Origin: the human T2T-CHM13v2.0 reference genome, Homo sapiens
Length of the DNA stretch: 64,000 bases
Strand: one strand, 5' to 3'
Assembly: GCF_009914755.1 (NCBI RefSeq)
Contig: NC_060925.1
Shown here: in pieces, positions 33,601-44,696 of the stretch
Layout: each line of letters starts with the position of its first letter
How positions within the stretch are numbered: position 1 is the first letter of the stretch
Program-made: the position numbers and the translations under genes
Notes under the pieces: generated by a model
What the model was told of the DNA's origin: nothing
The model's input: the letters and a program-made list of their open reading frames with translations, nothing else
Database searches by the model: none

Positions 33601-34532
33601 GTCTGGAGGAATTCTTGTTTTGTTTGTCGCCTTTTTTCTCTCTCTGCATTTCTCCTTCAGTATAAGATGAGCAAAATTTATTAACATGTAATCTCACTGT
33701 GGTTGGCTTATAAAATGAGACAGGATAACACAATTAGGGAGAGGCCCACATTAAGTAAGTGAGACCTTCCCACTCACACAAATTAGCACAGTCAAGCTGT
33801 TGCATTTATGCCTTGTTTGGAACTTAATGTAAATAGTACTGCATGCAGTGAGGCATATTTCCTAAAATAGCAAACATTCCTGCGTTACCATGGAGAGATC
33901 TGACTTGGAGGTTAAGGCAAGAATGTGCTCTAAATGCTCAAGGCAGAGACTGAAAACCTTGCAGTGATTAGTAGCTCAGGCAGCTCCGGACAACTTCATA
34001 TGAGATTTTTTTTTAGAGTAGCTTTTCAGTATCCCCTTCTTTTGCTGATGAATGTTGAAGCTGGAGACTCATTTACAAATCCCCGTTCAACATTACTGTC
34101 TCCCAGACAACCTTCATTAATAATGTGTCTCTGAAGCAGGCCTTAGCAGCTAAAGCAATCATTGCTCTAATCCTTTTGAGCAGCAAAGGAAGTGGAAAAA
34201 TAGGCAGCTGCTTTACAACTTAATCAAAAATATTTACTGAGCACTTGTAATGCACAAGGTACTGTTAGGTGAAGGAAGAAGAACACAAAGATGTGCAGGA
34301 TTTAGTCTCTACCTTCTAGAGATTACAATAGGAGAAAGTCACTGATGAAAAAAATACAAGGCAGTACAGAAAGGAAAAATCATCATGGACTGGGGTCAGA
34401 AGCAAAGATTTTGGTCTCTGAGGAATGAGTAGGATTTTACTAAGTAGATATGAAAAGGAAAGGCATTTCTTTATTCATTCATTCAATGATTATTGAGATC
34501 TAGAAAGATACTGTTCCAAATACTTCAGAAGC

Positions 34533-34858
34533 AGTCTTAGTCCACTCAGGCTGCTATAACAGAATACCATAGACTGAGTGGCTTATAAACAATAGAAATT
34601 CATTTCTCACAGTTCTGGAGGCTGGGAAGTCCAAGATCAAGGCACTGGCATTTTCAGTGTCTGGTGAGGGCCCACTTTCTGGTTTATGGATTTCCTGCTG
34701 TGTCTTCACATGGTAGAAGGGATTAGCTAACTCTCTGAGGTCTCTTTTTATAAGGACACTAATCTCTCCCAAAGCCCCCACCTCCTAATACCATTATGTT
34801 GGGGGTTAGGATTTCAACATATGAATTTGGAGGGGAATACAAACTTTCAAACCATAGC
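34533..34858 (-). mobile_element. MLT1A-type MaLR LTR
   Basis: gtcttagtcc...ctgctataacagaataccatagactg...ctcacagttctggaggctgggaagtccaagatcaagg. Confidence 0.85.
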
Positions 34859-35388
34859 AGATACCAAGATGAGAAAGCTGTGGTTCCTTTTCTTAAGTAG
34901 CTTACCAGCTAATGGGGAGAACGCAGTATGGAGAAATGACATACAAGTTACTATAGGTACAAAAAAGTATTTTGGAAGATGGAAGAAGAGAAAGATGTCT
35001 TTTGGTGGTACTCAGAAAGGCAGCTTGGAGGAAATACTTGAAGGGTGGATAGGATTTTGATAGGTGGAGGTGGTAGTGATAGAAAAGAATATTCCAAGTG
35101 TATGAAGTATAGAGGTGGGGAAGTTCAGGGTAGAGAAGTAGTAGCAGGAATAGAATATAGGGGGACAGAAAAATAGAGTGGAGCCAGATTCAGAGAACTT
35201 TAAGAAGCAGGTAAAGAAGTTTAGGATTAATGGACAAGTCATTGGGTCTCCAGGTTTCTTTGAGGGAGAGTGATATCTGAGCTCTGTTTTAGAAAGATTA
35301 ATCTGAAAGGAGGATAGAGTAGAGGGCAAAGAAATTGAGGGGACTCATTATTTTAGCACTCTTGTTACTTAAGATATGAAGTCATTAG

Positions 35389-35734
<346 letters not shown>

Positions 35735-35956
35735 CTAAGGCAAAAGACCAAAATAAAATTTTAATATATAATAGTTCATTTTCTCATTCATACATTCTAT
35801 TCAATAACAATTGAGTGCCTACCATGACTAGGCAATGGTGCTGTCATGGTAGGCACTAGAGAATTACCTTCTATGGAAGGAGGCAGATAAATAAGCAGAT
35901 AATGAAACAAATATATAACTTCAAATTGTGATAAATACATTGAAGAAAGCAAAGAG

Positions 35957-36152
35957 CAGGAATTGGTAGACTTTTTCTGTATAGGGCCAGATAGTAAATA
36001 AGCTTTGCAGGCTGTAAAGTTTCTGCCATTGTTGCATAAAAACAGCCACACACAACACATAAGAATGAACATGGCTGTGTTCCAACAAAACTGTATTTGC
36101 ACAAACAGGTGGGGGCTGGATTTGGTCCACAGTCCATAGTTTTCTGACTCCT
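35957..36152. mobile_element. MER58A-type hAT MITE
   Basis: agggccagatagtaaata and catggctgtgttccaacaaaact motifs. Confidence 0.8.
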
Positions 36153-37063
36153 CATATAAAGTATTAGGAGGAAAGGGAGGCACTTTAAACAAGGGGAAGA
36201 CAACAGTCAGGAGATCAGTCTTTCCTACGGTAATTTTGAGATGTCTATGACACATCCACATGCAGATATCAAATAGGTAACCAGGTATTTGAGAGTGGCA
36301 CTCAGATGAGAATTCTACAATAAAAACATAAATTGGAAGCCACTGGTATAAAGATGGGAAAGGATGAGATGACACCAGAAGAGAATAGAGAGGTGAAAAG
36401 GGTCTAGGACTGAGCACCAATGAACAAAAGTTCATAGTGTATGACTCTTAGTTCATAAATCTAAGGTAGTCATCAATTTAAAGCCCCTGTCTGAATCAGG
36501 ATGGTGAGAAATTCAATTTCATACGTTTGATATTTCCTCCTCTCCCTACTTTCTCAGCTATTTAAAGGTCCCTAGGTTTTACCTGGTACCAAAGCACCAA
36601 GGAGACTACTCTGATCGTTGATCTGCCACTAAACCACCCCTGCCTCAGTAAGCATGGTTTTGCCAACCCTAGAAGCTTGCTATATTTAACCTTTTATGGA
36701 GCCAGAATCCCCTGCTAAAGTGCAGCCTCTCCAAGTCACCCCATTACTTCCCTCTCTGAGGTCCTGCTGCTTCTCCAGGGCACTGATATGGAATGGAGGT
36801 GGGTACTTGTTACTCTTTGACCTCCAGTCTCTTTCCATCTGTGTGAAATGTCACTCTCTCCTCTTCGCTGACTTCAAAAACTTTTCTCTCTCCTCTCTTC
36901 CCCAATGGGACATCTGGCTCAATCTTTGCAGTGGGCTTAGAATTTCATAAAAGTCTAGAAATGCAGTTGGCTTCAAACAGCCTCTGCTCTTTGCTCTGCA
37001 AAAGTTCCAGAGTCAAGGGAATGCTAAGGGCTTAACCATCAGATTAGAAAAGAGGGAAGCAGA

Positions 37064-37356
<293 letters not shown>

Positions 37357-38664
37357 GGAAGTACCATCCATCCTGTTGCCTGGGTAATCTTCCTAAAAAA
37401 AGGTTTTCATCATGTCATTGTCTGCTTAAATCCATAACATTAAGTCCAAATTCTTTTGCCTTTGTCAAAACATTAACCAAATTCTAATTGGCAAGGCACT
37501 CCATAGCATAGTGTCTGGCTTACAGTTGGCTCTTGATACATGTTCTTTGAATGAACAACTATAGAGGATTAGATGTATGGATGGATGAACCTGGTCATTC
37601 AAAAATCCCCAACATCTCTCTTTACCTACAGGCTAGCACTGTGTTTAACCCAAGTTCCGTGGCTTTTAATGAAGCTATTTTATTTTGCTGAGTCCCTTCC
37701 TTGGCCTTCTTCATCCTAACACCCATCTCAAGTGCCACTCTTGTCCCTTCAACTATACCAGCCCATACTAACCTCTACTTTTTCTGTATTCACACTAAAT
37801 TTAATTCAGTACCATTTAGTTTACCAGTCAATTGTTCTAACTGTAGCGTGCACCTTTTCTCCCTTTTAACTAAACTGAAAGCTCATTGAAGAGAGAAAAA
37901 AAGGTATGTTTGCATTCTTGCTCATTGATTGATTTAACAAATACTTTAAAATTTACTTAACAACCTATGCGTATTTAATAACTTGAAAGACTCTAATGTT
38001 TACTATTAGATGGATTTTGCTGAGAAGCATACTACTATAATCTGCAGATGAACCGGAAATCTCCTGGCTTTAAAACAAGCATTTCAAGATGCTGTGTTGT
38101 TAATTAATGGAAAGCATGATTGTTTCTGACTTCTTAAAGGTTTCCAAAGAGCACAGGGAAATCACGCAACTGCCTGTGTGTTACCACAAAGCCTAACTGG
38201 CTTTACTTTGACATTCTTGCATTTTCTCATCTGCCTTAGTTTCTCTGCCAGAATCACATTTTTCTTTTGGTGCATAGTTTTTAGTAATTAGAATAGCTAT
38301 TTCCAATGTCATAACTAGGGCAGTGAAACCTAATACAACTGGTTTGGGACATGGGGATTTTCCACCTCTCCAATTCTTTTGGAAACTCCCTCTCAGCCCA
38401 GAAGTAGGTCTTAGAAACACTACAACCCAGTTGCCACACAGGGGGTGCAAAAGTGACTATGGTGACTGCAAAATTTAGAGGTCAAAACAGAGATAGTGCA
38501 AAACACCCCATACCACAGTAATATTTAGAAATCTTGTTCCACATGCGGATACAGTTCTCTAAATTCAACATAGATTTTGTAAGTAGTTCTTCATTGGTGT
38601 GCTTTTCTGTCTATCTGCAGAAGTTCTGATCTGTTGTCTGATACAGCTTAGGATAGTTCTCATT

Positions 38665-38852
38665 CAGTGGTTTTCAAAGTGTGATTCCCAGATAGCAGCA
38701 TCAACATGATCTGGGAACTTGTCAGGAATGCAAATTCTTGAGCCCCACCCCAGACCTTATTGTGTCAGAAACTCAAGGGGGTAGGTCCCAACAATTTATG
38801 TTAACAAGCCCTCCAGGTGATTCTGATGCATGCTTAAGTTTGAAAACTGCTG
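38665..38852. mobile_element. MER5A
   Basis: cagtggttttcaaagtgtg...aatgcaaattctt...aacaagccctccaggtgattctgatgca. Confidence 0.85.
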
Positions 38853-39176
38853 TTTAAATTCAACATATTTCATTGTAGATTAGGAAATTAAAAGCCAGAT
38901 ATAAGTGACTTAACCTAGGCCATAAAGCAAGTAAGTGCTTGTAAATGTATTTATTAATCAATGTTCAGGGTGAACTGTTGATATATAAAATTAATAATTT
39001 GTTTAATCATAATATGAAGCTTATTCTCAAACTTTTCGTTATGTGCCTTCACTACGTTTTAGAAGTAATAATTTTATACTACATCATTACAAAAGCCCTA
39101 AGTCTCACCTTAACAACATGCCTTCCTCCAATCATAAGTGTTTGGTGTACATATGCATATAAAATATTATCCTAAG

Positions 39177-39285
39177 GTGGGGCGCAGTGGAACCCGGGAG
39201 GCAGAGGTTGCAGTGAGCCGAGATTGTGCCACTGCACTCCAGCCTGGGTGACACAGTGAGTCTCCGTCTCAAAAAAAAAAAAAAA
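39177..39285 (+). mobile_element. Alu remnant: 5' ~14 nt fused to the 3' end of the right arm
   Basis: ggtggggcgcagtgg|aacccgggaggcagagg...A tail. Confidence 0.85.
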
Positions 39286-39464
39286 CTCATATGGATAGGC
39301 TTAAGTTTTTAATTTGCAATTGGGTCTTTTACAGAATTTCTTCTGGGCTATATTTTATAGCATTTCCCTAATTTTCAAAACTGTTCTTAAAGTGCGGGTG
39401 ACTTTCTACCAAAGAAATCCCTCAAATTAAAATTTTGAGGGAAACACATAGTTTTATTTACTCC

Positions 39465-39940
39465 TTTTAATCTTTTTAATTGAAATATACTACTATGTAT
39501 ACAATCTACAGATCTAAGTGCCCAGTTCAATGAGCTTTAACAATTCTATACACCTATGTTATCTTCATCCAAAACAAGATACAGAACAGCTTCATCACCT
39601 CAGAAAATTTCTTTGTGCCCCTTTGCAATCACTTCTCACCCTGTCTCTCACCGTTCAACCACTTCCTGACTTATATCACAATAGATCTGTTTTTCCTATA
39701 GTCTGTTATTAGACTTCAGACAATATCAGGTGCATTCAGGGTAGTACGGCTGTAGACCTGTTGTCAGACTTCAAATAAATGGAATCACACAGGATGTACT
39801 CATTTGCATATGGCTTGTTTCACTTAAAATGTTTTCAAGATGTATCCACGTTGCATGTATCTGAGTTCATTCTTTTTGATCGCTGGCTAGTACTGTATTG
39901 TATTGTATGAATACACCAAAATGTGTTTCATCTACCTTTT
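39465..39940 (-). mobile_element. old L1M fragment hosting the 5S insertion
   Basis: ttttaattgaaata...aaatggaatcacacag...atccacgttgcatgtatc motifs. Confidence 0.7.
39716..39757 (-). pseudogene. 5S rRNA 3'-truncated retropseudogene, first 42 nt
   Basis: reverse complement GTCTACAGCCGTACTACCCTGAATGCACCTGATATTGTCTGA matches 5S nt 1-42 at 34/42, with 5 of the 8 changes at CpGs; 16-bp direct repeats with 2 mismatches (39703-39718, 39758-39773). Confidence 0.88.
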
Positions 39941-41261
39941 TCTTAGTAACAATTATATTTTTTTCTTTTTATATATTTAAGTACAAAAGCAGTAAGTACT
40001 TAAAGTTATTTAAAGTATGTAATACATAATGTAAAAAATTATAGAAAATAAGGAAAAAAGAAAATAAATGTCCATAATTCCACTCTCTAGACATAACCAT
40101 TACTAATAACTTGTGGATCCCCTTTGAACTTTTGTTTATATAAGTTATCTTCTTATATTATATATTTATCATAGGTAGTATAAAAATTCTTATTTTAGGT
40201 TCAAGTTTTACCACTTAGACCCTGACATTAGTGTGTTAAATTGGCAGCCCTTATTTTAACTATAAAATGTTTTCTAAATTAAATAAAATCTAAAATTAAT
40301 ACCTGAATAAACATTCATTGTCCAAAATTCAAATGATACACAGTATGTAGAATAAAAAGTAAATGTCCTTGTGTAGCCCCACCATAGGTAACCAGTTCAA
40401 CTGCAAACTCTTGACCACAAGATAATAATGGTAAGGACCAAGGAGTGCAAAATTGATTATCACATAATTTTTGTTTTATTTTTAAATTTTTATTTTCACG
40501 TTTTATTATCTACATACCAGTGATCTTTTAATTGGGAACATCTTATTTTATAATGCCAAATGCTCACACAGGGACTAATTCTAGTACAATAGCTTATATC
40601 CACTTTGAGATACAGTTTTGAACTATTTTCTCTGGAAGTGAACAGAGTGCCATCTTCGAATATTCTGATTGCTGAGTAGTTTATTCCCATCTGTTTTTGG
40701 AAGTCTAGATATGTATAGCTTTCTTAGTGTATTGATCTTTACTTAAAGCAAACATATTCTTCAATGGCAAATTGCCTTTTCTCCATTTGTATTGACCTGT
40801 ATGTCTACACCAAGCTATCTATATACTGTCATTACAATTTGGAGACTATCAGTTAGATGCAAAATCCTTTTGAGGAACAGAGAATAACCCAAAATATAAT
40901 TCAGGGTTTGCTCTTGAAGAGCACTTTGTTTCATTCACATTTTCCTAATAGGAAAATGTGGCTTGCATTGACAGTAAAAAATGAGATCTTTATTATACTT
41001 AAGACTGGGTACAGCAGGGTAGTGTCCTGGCAGGCAGTCTGTCTTTCCATCAGTCAGGGTGAGTCCAGAAACTTTGCCTTTCTATAGATCACCATAGATT
41101 CCAAAGCATGTTGCTTAATTTCTTCCAACTTTGAAGCTCACATACCTAGAGGCAGGCAAAAATGCAGCTGTGGTTTTACTTGAACTGCTTTTCTATTCTT
41201 GGTTTTTGAGTCAGAATATACATAGTAGATGAAATTACATATGCAAAATTCTATAGCCTAT

Positions 41262-41648
41262 GATATTAGGCCATTCTTGCATTGCTATACATACTTGAGA
41301 CCAGGTAATGTATAAAGAAAAGAGGTTTAATTGGCTCACAGTTCTGCAGGCTTTATAGGAAGCATGGTGCTGGTATCTGCTTGGCTTCTGGGGAGGCTTC
41401 AGGAAGGTGAAGGGGGAGCAAACAAGTCACATGGCCAGAGCAGGAGCAAGATGGAGCGGTGGAGGCACCACACACTTTTAAATGACCAGATCTCAGAAAA
41501 ACTCACTCTCTATTGCAAAGGTAGCACAAACCCATGGGGGATCTGCCCCCCCCACCGCCCCAAACACCTCCCACCAGGCCCCACCTCCAACACTGGGGAT
41601 TACAATTCAACATGAGATTTGGTGGGGCCATATATTCAAATCATATCA
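41262..41648 (-). mobile_element. MST-type MaLR LTR
   Basis: aagaaaagaggtttaattggctcacagttctgcaggct and ggccccacctccaacactggggattaca motifs; ccta flanks on both sides. Confidence 0.88.
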
Positions 41649-42659
41649 CCTACTAAGCCCAAAGCTCTAAGAACTGTCCTTTTCTCTTACAATGGAGCTA
41701 CAAGATTTTGCTTTGGTGATTAAGAGAACAATACAATCTTATGTAGGCAGGGCCCCATAATGTTTTAAAGTTACTGAAAATATTCCAATTCATAGTAAAA
41801 TAATAATATTAGCTATTATTTAATGAGCGAAACACGGTTAAAGCATTTCCTCAAAATCATCTCATTTAGTCTTCAATAAGAAGTTTGGGGGCTTATTATG
41901 AACTCTCAGAGATGGCATTTGGATGTCTTCAGGCTTAGGAGTATGGACTCTGTCCTGGGGATGAGGTTCAGAAAAACTTAGATGTTGCTGGCCTTAGCTT
42001 ACAAGGTCAAGTTAGTAAAAATTTAGCATGATTAGAACTGGGAAATGTCCTGCTCTAGGGGACTGCAAGTGATTGCTGAGGTTGTTCCTCTTGTTACGTG
42101 TCTGAATGCCTCTCAAGCCAGGAAGATAATTCCTTATTAAAAATGGCCGGAGGTACCAGCATTCTACCTAGTCAGGGCTCCAGCTTCCCTCCTCTTTGTG
42201 TGCAATCTAAGTTTTGGACCCAAGGGTGGAGGACCTATCACTGTACAATGCTGAGTAAGACATGGTTTTCACCGAAGTCAGTGAAGTTCCCAGTCCTTTC
42301 TGGCGCGAGCTGCATTCCCAGACACTCCAGCTCTTACGGAAAGAAGCACTGTCTTTTGCGCTAGTGTTTGTCTACCGTCCCCTGTCCTAAAATAATGACT
42401 GCCCTCTACCTGAGGGAAAGGGACTTCAATGGTGGTAATCTACTCGCGGCTGGCTGCATCCTTAAAAAAGCCCATTTCTCTTCTACTATCTTCAAGATCT
42501 TGGTTAACCAGATTCACATTGTATGTGCCGGACTCTTTCTCAGGTGACTGCTCTGTGCTTTTTTATCTAAAGAAGGGCAAGTCACCCACGGGTACTAACC
42601 CTCCCCCACCCACATCAAGGGAGAAACACTCCTCTACTCTTTTCTGGACATTCCTGTTC

Positions 42660-43950
42660 AGAGTCGAGGTAAGGGTTGCACGGCCCCGCCCCTCCGTTAC
42701 CAAGCCTTCCCTCGCCTGCCTCGCAGCCTCAGGCCCTTAGAACCCAGGCGGGGCGGGGCCGGGAAAGGTGAGGCTGCTGGCGGGAAGCGGGGGCGGCGCG
42801 CAGCGGTACCTAGCGGCGCTGCCCCGCTGGCAGCCGGAGGACGTGGCACTGTCCGAGAATGCAGGGAGGGGATTCGTCTTTCTCCTCCCCGCGAGGAGGA
42901 GCCTCGACATCCTGCAGAGGCGGGAGGATCCTTGAGGGCACTGGTGCGACTTTCAGGTGAGGTCTTAGCAGATGAAAGCGGCTGGCTGTGGCCCGCGCCA
43001 GTAGTGCTTTCTGCTCCGCACTCGCCGTGAGCCAGGTGTGCAACCGGATTTGGGGCGAGGGTCGCGCTGGATACCTCGCATGTAGCCCGCTGACCGGACT
43101 ACAGCTCCCAGAAGAGCCTTGTGGAGGCCGCAGACGCGAAGCCGCTGGCGCCATCTTGAAATCTGATCCTCCATCCCCGAGGCTTTGCGTCTGCGCGGCC
43201 GGCCGCTGCTGCTCCGGGAGCCCAGTCTGCTAAAAGGGGAGGACGTTGAGGACGCGGCGGCTGGCGGGAGAGACAGCTGGGGAGAGACATGGCAGGGTCG
43301 GAGCGCGGCCTGCGCCTCTGTCACTCAGCATCCTCTTAGGCGTTTCCACGCCCGCCCCCTGCCCGAGGGGCGGGGCTGACGGCTCTGGTACCCGGAGTCG
43401 GCGCGCGGGGCAGGGGCGCGCCCCTGCAGAGTGGGGACCCCACTGGGCTGTGCCATGCTGACCGGAGACCACCGAGGCGGGAGACAGAGCGCGGCGAAGA
43501 GCCATTGAGTGGTCACCCAGTAGCCGCCGCCGCCGCCGCCTCGGGAAGCTTGCCACCCGCTAGGAGGGAAGATGAAGGAGATTTGCAGGATCTGTGCCCG
43601 AGAGCTGTGTGGAAACCAGCGGCGCTGGATCTTCCACACGGCGTCCAAGCTCAATCTCCAGGTTCTGCTTTCGCACGTCTTGGGCAAGGATGTCCCCCGC
43701 GATGGCAAAGCCGAGTTCGCTTGCAGCAAGTGTGCTTTCATGCTTGATCGAATCTATCGATTCGACACAGTTATTGCCCGGATTGAAGCGCTTTCTATTG
43801 AGCGCTTGCAAAAGCTGCTACTGGAGAAGGATCGCCTCAAGTTCTGCATTGCCAGTATGTATCGGAAGAATAACGATGACTCTGGCGCGGAGATCAAGGC
43901 GGGGAATGGGACGGTTGACATGTCCGTCTTACCCGATGCGAGATACTCTG
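42660..43950. promoter_or_regulatory. PDE4DIP: CpG island / internal promoter of the SMYLE (MMG8) isoform, with GC boxes (~42751, ~43368) and a YY1-like motif (43148-43158)
   Basis: abrupt rise in GC and CpG density against the AT-rich flanks; GGGCGGGG boxes; lies directly upstream of and overlaps the 375-codon first exon. Confidence 0.88.
43523..43540 (+). repeat. (GCC)6 in the SMYLE 5' leader
   Basis: read directly from the sequence. Confidence 0.95.
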
Positions 43951-44696
43951 CACTGCTCCAGGAGGACTTCGCCTATTCAGGGTTTGAGTGCTGGGTGGAG
44001 AATGAGGATCAGATCCAGGAGCCACACAGCTGCCATGGTTCAGAAGGCCCTGGAAACCGACCCAGGAGATGCCGTGGTTGTGCCGCTTTGCGGGTTGCTG
44101 ATTCTGACTATGAAGCCATTTGTAAGGTACCTCGAAAGGTGGCCAGAAGTATCTCCTGCGGCCCTTCTAGCAGGTGGTCGACCAGCATTTGCACTGAAGA
44201 ACCAGCGTTGTCTGAGGTTGGGCCACCCGACTTAGCAAGCACAAAGGTACCCCCAGATGGAGAAAGCATGGAGGAAGAGACGCCTGGTTCCTCTGTGGAA
44301 TCTTTGGATGCAAGCGTCCAGGCTAGCCCTCCACAACAGAAAGATGAGGAGACTGAGAGAAGTGCAAAGGAACTTGGAAAGTGTGACTGTTGTTCAGATG
44401 ATCAGGCTCCGCAGCATGGGTGTAATCACAAGCTGGAATTAGCTCTTAGCATGATTAAAGGTCTTGATTATAAGCCCATCCAGAGCCCCCGAGGGAGCAG
44501 GCTTCCGATTCCAGTGAAATCCAGCCTACCTGGAGCCAAGCCTGGCCCTAGCATGACAGATGGAGTTAGTTCCGGTTTCCTTAACAGGTCTTTGAAACCC
44601 CTTTACAAGACACCTGTGAGTTATCCCTTGGAGCTTTCAGACCTGCAGGAGCTGTGGGATGATCTCTGTGAAGATTATTTGCCGCTCCGGGTCCAG
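43572..44696 (+). CDS. PDE4DIP: PDE4DIP alternative first coding exon (SMYLE/MMG8/EB-MMG N-terminus, 375 codons) with SxIP-type motifs SRLP (44496-44507) and SSLP (44520-44531)
   Basis: long ORF MKEICRICAREL...; gaagATGa start context; CAG|gtatac donor in phase 0, compatible with the 51441 exon; matches the known EB1-binding isoform. Confidence 0.95.

Noticed and set aside
33700-34250. Possible muscle enhancer (CTAAAATAG, CAGCTG)
   Set aside because: The motifs are short or imperfect and expected by chance; conservation or chromatin data would be needed.
35797-36435. 212-aa minus-strand ORF
   Set aside because: It spans L2 and MER58A remnants, begins at a non-ATG start (ttg), and has no splice context or recognisable protein signal.
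42429-43811. Cluster of overlapping 60-140 aa ORFs on both strands
   Set aside because: Stop-codon scarcity in a CpG island explains them.
43594-44235. 213-aa alternative-frame ORF inside the SMYLE exon
   Set aside because: GTG start; Arg/Ser/Pro-rich shadow frame expected in GC-rich coding DNA; no independent support.
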